Source of the DNA: Vicugna vicugna | Taxonomy: Eukaryota | DNA length: 64,000 nucleotides | Assembly: GCA_013265495.1 (NCBI GenBank) | Contig: MU061804.1 | Span: 806,001-870,000 of the forward strand | Direction of reading: 5' to 3' | In this document: positions 36,272 through 48,699 of the stretch, one piece after another | Numbering within the stretch: position 1 is the stretch's first letter | Layout of the letters: each line of letters opens with the position of its first letter | Translations under genes and position numbers: made by a program | Notes under the pieces: model-generated | Seen by the model: only the letters and a program-made list of their open reading frames with translations | Told to the model about the DNA's origin: nothing | The model's database searches: none

Positions 36272-38786
36272 TACTAATTTTTAAAAACCTCAAAACTCAC
36301 TGGTTTTATCCACATCATTTTTTTAAAAAGGACTTGAGAGTTTTCAAATCCCGTAACTTAAAAAAAAAAAAACTTGAAGCAGAAGTAACAACTGTCTAAA
36401 ATCAATGAGTAAGATATAAGTAAACACGCGCACCAACGGCAGGACAGCAGCGTTCTCCTGACCGGTCAGAAACGCCGGCCTAAGCTTCCTGGCAGTTACG
36501 CGAAGGAAATTATGATAAAGCTCTCATTATCTCATTAATTGAGAGACGGGAACAAACTGATTCCTCGAAGCCATTAGATGAGATAACGTACGTGAAAGCT
36601 TTTAGTAAATGACCCTAAAGCAGACGTGGTCGTTATGGCTCAGGGCACGGGCGAGGCGTGCGCTCACTCACAGGTGGGGTGGGGGACCCCAAACTCATCG
36701 GGGGATGGGGTTTCATGCAAAGAGCCCGGCTGCACCTGCCCTGCCCTCTCGTCCTCTGGTCGGATTCTCGGAGGTCCCCACCAGGACCAGGAGGCATCTC
36801 CATCCCGGGGTCTCGCAGGAGAGAGTCGAGAGTATGAGTTCCCACTGGGCCGCACGGCAATGCCGGTTCTGCGGGTCAGATCCCTTACGGCTGAGCCTAA
36901 GGGGAAGCCCAAATGCAGCGGAGGCAGAGGAGCAGCGAGGGCGGAGGACACCGGCTCCGAGGCCCTCTCTGCGGTTCTGACAAGTGTGGAAGTCTGAGGG
37001 CGACAGAGGCTTAACCAGCGGTGACTCTCACGGCCCGAGGGCCTGGGCGAGTTTTGGAGGAGAAGGGACTGACCTGGGGGTCCAGTCACCACACCAGCCC
37101 TTTCTCCCGGGTCCCTGGGTGCCTGCGCTCCCAGACACTCTGCAGACGGGGTGGCCACAGGCGACCCCTGGCCAGTGGGAGGTTAGTGGCGGCGAGAGCC
37201 CCCACTTCCAGGCCTCGCCCTGAAGAGCCACCGTCAGCGTCCCGGCTGGTGATCCCCGAGCTGGCCGCTGGGTGCTGGCTGTCAGGGAGGTGGGGACGCA
37301 CGTGACCAAGGCGGCAAAGCCCTGGCCCCTCAGTAAACAATGAGCAGGGCCACCTGAGCCCCTGGGGGGACCGAAGTGAACGATTTAAAACTCACTGTGA
37401 TTTCAGGCTTCAGCTGATAGCACGGCTCGTGTAAGAGAGGAACAGACGAGGAACTGACTCCCATGCCCGGGGGAGAGCTGGACTCAGGGAGACACGGCCA
37501 TTTGCTATTTAAACAGACAATGTTCTGGTTCCCAGGCCGCTGACACCTCCCAGGCACCCGGACAGACTCCCCTACACGCCGCCCCGGTCTCTTGAATTTT
37601 CCCAGGGTATTTTTTAGCTGCTTTGTAGGCAACGACGCTGGTCATCAAATCGGAATCAAGAATGGGGCTGCGACCCCGGCCCAGCATCCTCCTCGCTGGG
37701 TGCGCGGCCTTCATCGGCTCTGCGTCCCGGCCCCGATCCTGCACCGCCTGCTCCCCACCTCCAGCTGGTTCGCTGCTGCGTTTCATCAACCCAAGAACCC
37801 TGGAGGCTCGTGGGGGCTGAGATGACAGCCTTTAGGGTTCCTCTCCGGACAGCGTGGAGCCGGGCAGGCAGTGAGCCCCGTCAACGCTCGAGTCCATTGG
37901 CCTGGAGAAGTCGTCTTCCACACGACGCGGGAAGTGGGGAGAGGGCCACCCGCCCAGCGAGACGCAGGAGGCTGCACCTGGCAGAACCGCTTCCCACGTG
38001 CCCGCACGTCACGCGCCGACGCTGGTGGGGGAGCGAGCAGGTCTCTTCTCTGCGACGAGGGGCGTGGCCAGCTCGCCAACTTTAACGCACAGGAACCAAC
38101 TACCAAGCTTCCCGACAACGTGGCTTCCTGGGCTTAACCCCCACGTTCTGATCCTGTAGCTCTGGGGTGGGGCCCAGGAACCTGCATTTAGGACGCTGCT
38201 CCTGCAGTTCCCAGTTCCCACACAAGGGGCAGGAAACCGCAGTGTGAGGTGAGGCCACGTCCAGGTCCCCCCGCTGAGGTTACCTCCCAGGCCTCCGCGA
38301 CGCCGCTGGGCCCACAGGGGAGCTAGCACGCTCTGCCCCAGGCCACTCATCCACCAGACTAACCCCAAACGCTGTCCTTCCTCCCGAAACAGGAAGGACC
38401 GGGTGACCCCTCTGTCCTCTGAAGGCCACCGCTCGCTGTCACTCCCGGGCAAACTGGGAAGTGACCCCCCCGCCACAGCGCTGCAGCCCCATCTGCTCCG
38501 AGTCCTACTCGGCCTCCTTGGATTGGCACGTCCGGCTCGCGCTGCCAGGGACCATCTGCACCCCGCGCCTCCCGACAGCCCAGACTGGCCCTCTGCTGGT
38601 GCAGATGGGCAGGCGCCAGCAAGCACACCCAGCCTCGGGGGGTCCCACTGTCACACCCTGGGTGGCTCCCCACAAACCCCGCACCTGGGGGTGCTTGCTT
38701 TGTTTCTGGGCACAACTCTTGAGCACTGCGTTCCCTAAGCTTACTCGCGCTCTTGGTAGTCAGGAGAGCAGCAGGTAGCGGGCGTC

Positions 38787-38845
38787 TTTACCCATTTGCA
38801 GATGGCAAACAGAGAGGGGCTCTGACTTGCCCAAGGTCACACAGC
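38787..38845 (-). mobile_element. MIR core fragment, antisense
   Basis: cccatttgcagatggcaaacagagaggggctctgacttgcccaaggtcacacagc is the reverse MIR core. Confidence 0.6.
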
Positions 38846-39950
38846 AGGCCGGCTGTGCAGCCGGAGCGCAGCCAAGCTCTCTGCATCCAAGCGGCCCGGT
38901 GCACAGAGTTGCGGCTGCTCTGATTCGGCTGCTGCTCCGTCGGAACAGAAGCATCCCGCTAGGCTCTGCCTCCCCTCATTTAAAGAGCCTGGGGGGCGAG
39001 CCGTCTCCGAGGACCACTCCCCCACCAGCATCACGGTGAAGACAGCAGGGGAAGCGCTTCTGCCCACAGCCGAGGGCCGGGGCGCAGGGGTGTTGCCTCT
39101 CGGTTCCAGGGCTGGCCTTGTGCTGGACACGCACAGGAAGTGAGCGGGTGTGCATTCCAAATTGGGAGAGAAAACCATTCGCTCATACAGGAATCTCTGG
39201 CCACTGTCTCTGGACCAGCTCGATCTTTGCTTTAAATAACTCGGCCAAACTCAGGACTGCCCAGGGGAGGCCAGCGGCCGACACCCCAGGGCTCATCGCG
39301 CCGGCTTGACAATCTAAGCAACCAAGCCCCATCCCACCTTCCCAGCCCAGGCCCCTCGCTTCTCCCCGCTGGTCTGAAGTCTTCCCTCCGCAGAGTCCCT
39401 CCCTATGAATCAGGGATGAGACTTTCCCATCATCTTTTGAGCTTGTAAACTTCTCTCAACGAGATAAAAGAAGTGGCCTTCAGTCACAGCACGAGGGGCA
39501 CGTGTCAGACATCAGCGTGAACCTTCTGACACCAGTTGCTCCGGCAGGACACAGGCAGCCGAGGCTGGCGAGCTGGCGTTCACCGCGTGCGCGTGCGGCA
39601 CTTCGTCGACTCCTCAGCGCCCTGCGGTCGGGCAAGCGTCTTTGTTTCAGAGACGAAGAAAGAGGGAGATGGTAACTCTTCTGCAGCACAAGTCCTCAAA
39701 AGGCAGGAGGCACAGACGCAGGTGCTGGTGAATTCAAATAGCATTCTGGGGGATGAAAGGGTCTGCAGACGTCCCCTTGTCTCCTCTGCGCCCGGAGCTG
39801 CTCGCGAGCCTTCCACGTGCACGAATCAGCCATCACGGAGCCCCGGGCCCCGGGTGGTCGCCGAAAGGTAACAGTCCTTTCTTCCCCTTAAAGTTCAAAC
39901 CAGTTGAAAAATAAAACATAGGAGGCACAGACTGAAATCAAACTAAAAGC

Positions 39951-39956
39951 TTTATT
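39951..39956 (-). terminator. Candidate polyadenylation signal (AATAAA) with downstream GU/U-rich element
   Basis: The minus strand reads AATAAA gcttttagtttgatttca gtctgtgcctcctatgttttatttttc. Motif evidence only. Confidence 0.35.
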
Positions 39957-42664
39957 ACGAACCAATTCTAAACAGGAGGACACGGCCTAGGTGTGTGGTT
40001 ACAAAGGGCCCCTAACAGCCCAGGATTAACCTACTTGCTCAACCGAAAAGTGGGACCATTCTGGGCTCTCCCTATAGGCCGGAGGCAGCCGGGCACCTGG
40101 CAAACCTGCTTTGCGTCTAGATTCAAGAGAGTCCCCGGACGAGCTGAGCCAAACTCCCAAGTCAGAGAGCTCAGTTCTCCTGGGCCGGGGTCAAGGGCAG
40201 AGCAGATCCTCCAGGGGTGCGAAGGACACTCCCTCCCCAACCTGTGGTGAAACCAGGCGTTAGAAGTGTCCCCTCTGGGTGGGTCACCAAAATGTACGTG
40301 GGGGCACAGGGGTAGGAGTAGTGGAACCCACAGACGCGACAGGGGTGCCCTCTCCACGATGACACAGGAGGCCTTGGGACGCAAAAAACAAACGGAGAAG
40401 AACAGGGGCTCAGAAAGAAGACTGCACGCAGCCGCCCGGGCCAGCGCGGAGCTGGCCTGGAGCTGCTCGGGGAGACCCTGCGTAATCCACGGGACAAGGA
40501 GGGCAGGGCACCAACCCCACGGGAGCCCACGCCCGCCCGTGGCTCTAGAGAGGCCCTTGACTGTGGCCAGATCGTGGAGGCCACGCCAACGACACCAGCC
40601 CTTTTTTGGACTTTCTTTTCCAGGCGGCCCGAGTGTTTACACACTGGGAGCAGCCCCACAGGGGCTCCCGGCGCATGACACATCCCCGCGAGCCGCCGGC
40701 TCCAGCGGAAAAAGATCACCATTGCTGGGGCCACAGCGCCCGCTTGGCTGCAGCGGGAGCGGTGGGCCTTTCTGAACCCCAGCGGACACCCCACAAACGA
40801 TGACAGACATCACAGCAGGGGCCGGAGGTGGCGTGGGCCATCCCGCCACCACTTCCCGTCGCTAAGCGCCCCCGTCCATCCCGCGCGAGGATGCACATGC
40901 TTTGCATGCTGAGCAGCTGCGGCCAGACCGGAGGACGGATGCTCACACCGCGGGGTCGCAGGGACAAGCGCTGTCCCGGGCCTGTTTCACAGATGCGGAG
41001 ACCAAAGGCCAGGGGAAGGGCCCGGGGCCAGCGGGAGGCCCCTGCTCCCACCCCAGCTCCGATTCTGCCTGCTCTCCCGAGAGTTCCCGCCTCACGGGGG
41101 CTGGGAAGACGCGGTTCTCTGACGAGCTGCGGGGCAGCCGTTTTTGATTACTTGTGCAAGAGAGACACACAAGCAGGGTATTCTGGTTGGGAAGCGGCTT
41201 CTCGTTTCACCCGCCAGAAGTCGTGTGGGTTCATTCACGTGGCCCGGGGGCTGCGTCTGGTCCAGCCGCTGGGCTCCCTGCGTCGGGAAGGTCAGGGCGG
41301 GAGCTCCGGGGCTGCGGCCGCTCCACGGGGGCCAACACCCACCGTCCGGCCGTGTCACCGAGCTGCCTCGACCTCCGGCTGGTGCCGCACAGGACAGGGC
41401 ACCCCTTACGGCGCCTGCTCTCGTTGTGAGGGCTGTCACCCCGGCCCAGCTGCATCCTCCCCATCGCTGAGGCCGGGTGGTTTCGCAGCCCACCCCTCAC
41501 CTGTCCTCTGGTGCTGGGGACGGTCAGAGAAACCATGCTCCCCCTTTGCTCTTCACCCCAGTGACCCTGTGATGCTGCAAACTGTTCTGGACTCTCCTCT
41601 GCTCTTCAGAAGCCTCAGGGATGATTTTCCACCCCCCAGACATGGATGAGACGGGCCCTCGGCAGACACCAGGCTCCAGGAGACGCACCGTCAGCGCCTC
41701 GGGGAGAAGGAGAGAAGGGTGGGCACAGAGGGACAGACGTGGCCCTTCCCCGAGGAATCTGCAGAAGGCAGGGCGGTGATCTCTGTGTGGGGCCAGCAGC
41801 AGGTCTCAGGCCTGGCCCCACCTTAACAGCTGGTGAGGGTCAGAGCCGGGATTCAACAAAGGCGAACTGGGCCCACACGTCTGCCCGCCTGGCCTCCCTG
41901 CCGACGCCCCCCCCCCCCCGCCAGCACACTCATCAGGGCGCATATTAACCCTTAAATGAAGCGAGATGCCCAGCCAGGGTGACAGAGCAGAAGCCCAGCT
42001 CACTGCGGGCCGAGCGCACAGCAGCCCTGTGCCAGGTGCCACGGCGGCCTCCTGTCACAGACGGGGATGCTGAGGTCAAGAGCTGCAGGCACCTGTCCAG
42101 GGTCGCAGGGTCGGCGACCCTCAGGCTGTGACAGCCTGCCCCTCGGTCCAGACCCAGGCCGCCCAGGAGGCCGCAGCCGAGGGGCTGTCTCTGCTCCTCG
42201 CTTGGTCCTCTTCTCCGCTGTCTTGACGGCAGAGGTGGTGTTGTCTGTCTGTCTACACCTAGCAGGGCTTTGCAGGTGTGAGCACCAGCCCAGCCCCCAG
42301 AAAGGAGGGGCTTCTGTTCCCCCTCCAGCCTCGCCTCCGGCCGGTTCTGGACGTCACTCAGCAACGCGCAGCACCTGTCAGTTTCTAGGGCACCGCGGGC
42401 TTAGCATCTCCCTTGCAGTCAGCTAGCTGAAACTGTGTGGAGACGGACCCTCGCCTCCACCACGAGGAGGGATGCGCCCCTGGGGCCTGGGCCCAGCGGT
42501 GGAGGAACGTCCCTGGGAAGGACGGCAGGGAGACGCCCAGCGTTCCCACCGTGGCTGCGGGCTCCTGCGCTCCCCTCCTTAGCTGGTCAGGAGTCGGGCC
42601 GGGGAGAGGCTCAGCTCACCGGCTGTGCTGTGAACAGTCTCTCAGCCCGGCAGGGGAAGCCAGG

Positions 42665-43012
42665 TGCTGTGGCCTGAATGTGTGTACCCCCAAACCGCCG
42701 ACATGACGGTCCCTGGAGATGCCGCTGTGGGAGGGGACTAGGTGTAGATGAATCAGGAGGGGCTGCTGGTGGGATCAGTGACCTTGAAAGCCGAGGAGGA
42801 GACACCGCAACACCCGTCTCTCCGCACATGTGCACCAGGAGAGGCCGTGTGTGCACAGCGATGGGGCGGGGGGTGGGCGTCCACATGCCAGGAACCAAGG
42901 CCACCGACTCCTTGTACTTGGACGTCCAGCCTCCAGACCATGGGAGACACAGGTCTGGGGGTTAAGCCCCAGCCAACAGTGTCTCGTTACCGCAGCCTGA
43001 GCGGGCCGAGGC
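42665..43012 (+). mobile_element. Near full-length solo MaLR LTR (MLT1A/A0-like)
   Basis: Starts tgctgtggcctgaatgtgtgtacccccaaa, contains tgggatcagtgacctt and ttggacgtccagcctccagacc, and ends gttaccgcagcctgagcgggccgagg. Confidence 0.75.
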
Positions 43013-43120
43013 GCTGGGCCGGGCAGAGACCTGCCGCTCCGTTACTGAACACGACGTGCGAGCTAAGCCTGCCCACGGACCTGTGTTCTGCCCGGCTTCC
43101 CCCTCAACAGAAGAACCACA

Positions 43121-43121
<1 letters not shown>

Positions 43122-43157
<36 letters not shown>

Positions 43158-43167
43158 ACACACACAC
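43122..43167. repeat. (AC)n microsatellite, interrupted by tt
   Basis: About 17 AC units, tt, then about 5 more, read directly. Confidence 0.95.
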
Positions 43168-45659
43168 GCAGAGAACTTTTAAGTTAGAAAAGCCTGAGCG
43201 GATAAATAACCCAGCTCAATTTTGGAAACAACTATTTTTTGAAAACAGAGAGAAAAGACGTGCATTTCGCTGGCCTGCAAAGTCCCTCCACCATCTGCCC
43301 ATTTTCCGCTGGGGTCACAGCTCCTCCTCCTTCCCGCGAGGTTTTTCGCTTTGTTCCTAAAATCCAAGTTTTCGTCCCCTCCCCCGGGGATGGGGAGGAG
43401 CAGCAGCAGCACAAGGGTACGTGAAGGTGACGGATAAGCACGGGGAGAAGCACAAAGAGGCTCGGCAGGAACTCGGAGCCGGAGGAGGGGCGAGACGGCG
43501 CGTGAAGACCTAAAATGTCTCAGCAAAGACTTCTGTCCCTTTGCAAAGTCGTGCCACCACCTTCCGCAGGGAACCGAGGGACCCGGGAGTCCAGAGCCCA
43601 TGCTGGCTGCGCCCCAGGACGGCCAGGAAGCCCGGAGCCCAGCCTCGGGGACAAAGCGCCCGCCAGCAGGACGAGGCCTGCGGTCACGGGCCTGTCTCTG
43701 GGGACCGTCCACCACAATGGGGGGCCGCGCACTCCCCCCACCCTCGAGTTTCCCAACAAAGGTGACGCCTGATCGTGGCACCTGCAGGTTTAGTTAATTG
43801 AACCCACCGGGGAACGGAGCCCAGCGACCACGGAGCCTCAGACTCACGGGAGAAGGGCCTGCGGTGCCGGCGGGACGGGGCTGCAGGGGTGCTCGCGTCC
43901 TCCCGGGGACCCAGGAGGCGCTCCGGCTTCCAGGGAACACAAGCCAGGGCTCGGAAAGCGGCCCACCCCCCAGCAGTTCTAAGACAAAAGTACCATTTGT
44001 TTCCGGAATAATCAGAGTGAAAACCCAAAAAGACCAACTCAGAACAAGACCGAGAGTTTTAGGGGTCAGGACAGAAGGAAGGAACCTGATGCGGTCTTTT
44101 TTACTGGCAGCCCTAGATCTTCCTAATTTTGAGGGAATTTTGGTCCTACATCCGGGAGTTACCCAGGGCGCGTCCCACAGGCGCCGTGAGCGGGTGCCGG
44201 GGGCGGACAGGGAGGGAAGCTGCCAGGAGGACGCCCCTGAGGAAATCAAATCGCATTTCCCGGCAGCGGGGTCACAGGCTTCGGGACTCGCCCACCCCCA
44301 GGCTGCGTGCCGTGTGTGGTCACCGCTCCTACCACCGCCACGATTCCGGGGGAAGAGCGGAGCACCGCCTGACAGCCCCCGGGCCGGGGGTTTGCTGTGT
44401 CGGGGGCACGGTCATTCCTGGGACTCGTGGAAGAACAGAGTGAGGCCAGGGCAGCGGCACAGGCTGGGCTCCAGGACTGCCCCCAAGCCCCCCACATATG
44501 GGGGACCCCACCCCCTACACACGGACCCAAGGCAGCCAAGCCCACCTGCCAAGCCCTCGGGGCCTCGTCTATAAAAGGGGGAACCTTTCATCTGTCCACA
44601 GGGACGTCAGGGCCGGGCAGCTAAAGCACTAAGCAGCGCCGACCTCAAGAGACCCCTGGTGACTGTCAGCCCTTCTCACTCACGTGTTTCAGAACAGAGA
44701 CCTGGCCCACGGGACAAGGGAAGCCTGGATTTAAGGTCCCGTTCACTCTGGGAGCCGCCATCCCCAAAGCCGCAGCAGAGCCCCATCCTCTCTGCCCAGA
44801 ACTCTGCCGGGGCCTCAGTGCCCGCACGATGGGGTACTGACTCCTCTGTGGATGGCCGGGGCCCCCCGACCCAGCATTGTCCCCACTGCCTCTCTCCCTC
44901 ATCGGCCCTGGATGCCCCGTGCTGGTCCCAGCTCCCAAACCCTGACTTCCCTCCTGCTGGGCACCCACCCCCTTTTTCTCCTCTTGCCTAATCGGGGCCC
45001 CTGCTCGTCCCCATCCCGGTCCCCACCCGTCCTCCCTGTACACTGCAGCCGCCTTCACTGTCGCCCACACCCCGCCCTGGACATGGTCATCTTCGGGTCT
45101 TCCCTCGCTGGCCCGGCCTCTCGCCAGCGCACGGCAGGGCCTCACCAAGGCTCCTTGGGCCACTCACTGCTCTGCAAACGTGGGGAGGTTCCCGCCAACG
45201 CAGCCACAGCCCCGCCAGCCTCACCCGTGGCCTCACAGAGGAACTCAGCCCTCATGGCCAAGTGCATTTCAGAATCCAGACGTCCCGGGTCCTAGAGGAG
45301 CAATCTGTGCGCTCACCATATGAACGCCGTGGCAGGGTGAGGTCCCCACAGGCCTTCACGCTCCTGCCAGGGACCCTGGAAGGGCCATTCTGAGTGGGTT
45401 GAACGTGACTGAGCCCACCCCCGCCAGCACCTGCCCAGGAGCCCCGACATGAGTTCCGTCAGGTTTTGTTGCCAAATGGATAAAAACTGAACTTCCATTT
45501 TTCAGAGATGGTTAGATTCCAGAATCACAGAGCAGGGCTATGGGTCTGTATCAGGTGCGATGGGACAAAAAAATAAACATAAAAATAAGCAGACGACAGC
45601 CCCCCGGCCTTGAGGAGGCCCAGCGGGCAGAGCGCAAGCTCAGGCGTGACGCAGACCCG

Positions 45660-45730
45660 TCTCTGAGCCTCAGCTCCTCGCCTGTGAAACGGGCTGAAAG
45701 GAGGTGACTCACGCGGAGAGGAGAGGCTTG
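45660..45730 (+). mobile_element. MIR core fragment
   Basis: tctctgagcctcagctcctcgcctgtgaaacggg. Confidence 0.45.
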
Positions 45731-47830
45731 CAGAGCACCCGGAAAATTTCCAGCCCAGGGGGAGCCTGTACGGGGGCGGTCACAGCACCGTCTTGTCCGT
45801 GGAAACCCGCACGCCTGTGTCCGAGGGCACAGGTCCCGGGAGCCTCTCGGGGACGGAGCTGAGATGACCTCCCGGAAGGAGCTTCTTGGTGGGAACGGAC
45901 TCGGAGCAAACCTGACGCTCCGGACGTGTTGCGCACAAAACGGCGGAACAGAGCACCGGTGACCGAGCCAGCTCCCTGGCCGTCCGCAGAACTCTGGGCA
46001 GCAGCGGCCTGTGACCCCAGGCGCGGCGTGGCCTGCGCTCTCGGGCTGCTGTCTCTGCCGGTCGCTCCCTCTCAACACTTCCGTTTCCAAAGACGTCAAA
46101 CACACAGACACAGCCAGGCACCCGTCTGCGCAGCGGAACTGCGTTCACGGCCCACGCGCGGGGTCGGGACCAGACCCAGGCCTCGGACGCCACGAAGCTG
46201 GGCTCCCAGTTTACTGTTTTTGTTGGTAAAAGTCATCTTCCCACTGTGAGGACAGCTCCTTTTTGCGCCAAGTGAACCTAATCCTGATGTTTATTAACAT
46301 TAAACTTGACATTTACGGCCTGAGCGCCTTACCGGCATTAACGGATAATCCTCCGAGCATCCCGGGGTGGTGGGGGCACCACGTGAGGCCCAGGACGGCC
46401 CAGGCGAGGCGTCACGGGGCTGGGCCCCCACCGCCTCGGGCTCTGCAGCCTTGCTTCCGGCCGTGGCTCTCGCTCAGGAGGCATCACCTCTTCCTTCCGC
46501 TCAGTTTCTGAGCAGCTCCGTCCCGAAGCCCCACCGGCATCTGTGCGCTGGGCCCCGCCCGTCCAGGCACCTTCCGGTCAGAGAAGCAGGATCATCAGCC
46601 ACCTGAGCCAATGGCCACGGTGCCACGGGGTCCGGAGGCTCTGGAGCAGGGGTCACACCCAGGGGCCAGCGGGCCGAGACCCACAGGTGGGTGGAACTTG
46701 ACTGACATCGTTTTTAAGGTAAAAAATTTTGAGCACATTTAAGAAGCAATAAATTTCACCTAAAGTCCAAATTTCGTGTCAAGAGGTCAGAAGGGCTTAT
46801 AATGGCAGGTAGACAGCTCCCACGGCGACGGTCTGCTGTGGCTGCTTCCGCCGGGGACACGAGCTTGTCACAGACCCCGGCCCTGCTGCTTCTGGAGGCC
46901 CAGCGTCCGAGTCGGCAGCTGTCTGTCCTTCTTCCTGCACTGCTGCCTCGCACGGAGGTGGGAACGAGCACGCTTCCCTGGGACGTGAGCCACCCCCCGC
47001 CCGGACCTGGCCCACTTCCCCGTGCTCCCCTCCTGGCCACCTCCTGCAGGCCTTTGAGTTTGCAGCCTCCGACCTGAGCACAGAGAAGGTCCCAGGAGGT
47101 CGGGAGGCAGGACGTAGCAAGAGCCAAGTGGGGCTGGGGACACAGGGAGGCGGCCAGAGCAGCAGCCCGGCTGGAGTCGGGGTGGGGGAAGGGGACCGGC
47201 AGCTGGAGGGCTGGGGAGAAGCTGGGATCCGGAATGAGGCTGCACAGGGAGCCAGGATCGCGAGTGGAGATGGTGACCAGTAGGGGCCAGGGGCCCGAGC
47301 GTGGAGACACCACCTCAGGGTGGAGAGGAAGTGAAGATGCCGACGGCTGAGGGCCAGGAGAAACACTCCGCAGGCTCACGCCTCCGGTGACACTGGACTG
47401 AGCGCCGCCGTGACCCAGGCACGGGGCAGGACCAGACGGAAATCCCTGCTGCGCAGCACATAGGCCGGGCGGGGAGGGCTCCCGCCCGGACCCCGGAGAT
47501 GCTTCTGCCCCACTAGCCAAGGGCCTGGAGAGGTGCCTTGGCAAGGGCAGGCAGGCGGGGGCAGAGTCGGCGGTCCCCCCAAAGGGCTGCTGAGCAGGGA
47601 GCGGGGAAGCGGGCTGGTGATTCTCCTCCCGACACAGCTCAGCCCAAGAAAGCACAGAGCGGCTGCAAACCCCGCTCATCAATCTCCCGAGACACTGGAC
47701 CACCTTCAGAATCACAGTGCAGACGGCGGGCCCCGTCGCGCCTTTGACCTGTTTTTCCAGGCTTCTCACGTCGTGTGATTGATCACACATATTCCCCCAA
47801 CGGGCTCCTCTGCCTGCCTGCTCGCGAGCT

Positions 47831-47960
47831 GTGTTTGTGTGCGTGCACGTGTGCATGTGTGCGTGCATGCATGCCCACGCACACATGCACACACACACAC
47901 GGACAGGTCCATGCACACAGAGATGTGCACACACGTGCACAGACAGGTCCACACACGCAT
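47831..47960. repeat. Alternating purine-pyrimidine tract, GT-rich then CA-rich
   Basis: gtgtttgtgtgcgtgcacgtgtgcatgtgtgcgtgcatgcatgcccacgcacacatgcacacacacacac... read directly. Confidence 0.85.
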
Positions 47961-48643
47961 GCTCACAGGCACCCCCCCAAGCTTTCTCAGAAGGTCACGC
48001 TGACAAGAAGACGTCTCAGGCGAGGGGGATCTGCACATGGAGAAAGGGGGAAGAAACACACCAGCGCAGCTCAGGGCCCCTCATGACAACCCTCTCAGCT
48101 CCGCCTGAAGAGGAGACAGAAAAGGTGATGACGGGGCAAACGCGGACTCGTGCCGGGGGATCGTCTCCGTGTGGAGCGGAGGCACCTCCCTGAGAGGGGC
48201 TCAGGGACGCACAGGGGGGAGGGCCACCTCCACGGACGGGACCTCCGTGGGTTCCTTCTTGGCCAAACTCTCTACACCTGCTCTGCTCACTGGCCTTGGG
48301 CGCTTGCCCCAGAGCTAGAAGGGCAGGTGGGAACAGGGCAGGTGGAGACAGGGGCACGGACGGCGCAGGTGGCACGAGTGAGGAGGCCGTGGCGGCATTA
48401 CCATGACGCGCGTCATGAGTACTCACCGTGTCCCTGGCGCTGGGCTGGCCACCAGGGCCACGAGGGTGATACCTGGGGTGGAGGGGGCCAAGGGCAGAGC
48501 AGCCGAGGCGGCCCCCTGACGGAGGGGTCCGAGGAGGACACAGCAGCCCAGAGGAGGAGGGGGCAGGATGTGGGCAAGGAGGAGGTGGTCCTGCAGACGG
48601 GGGAAGGGAGCTGGAGGAAAGGCTGAGCAGGCACCCCGGGCAA

Positions 48644-48699
48644 GTGCGTGCGTGTGCGTGTGCGAGTGCACGCGTGTGTGCGAGTGCTTGTGTGTGTGT
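48644..48699. repeat. Degenerate (GT/GC)n tract
   Basis: gtgcgtgcgtgtgcgtgtgcgagtgcacgcgtgtgtgcgagtgcttgtgtgtgtgt. Confidence 0.8.

Noticed and set aside
42375-42590. Possible additional LTR remnant upstream of the MLT1 LTR
   Set aside because: The resemblance is too vague to assign a family or boundaries without a database search.
46756-47952. Longest ORF, 398 aa, minus strand
   Set aside because: Low-complexity Pro/Ala/Ser/Gly sequence that starts in a GT/CA repeat and shows no recognisable domain. Long ORFs are expected in GC-rich, stop-poor DNA.
48402-48417. 16-bp perfect palindrome catgacgcgcgtcatg, and 14-bp cctgaggcctcagg at 14786
   Set aside because: About one or two 16-bp palindromes are expected by chance in 64 kb.
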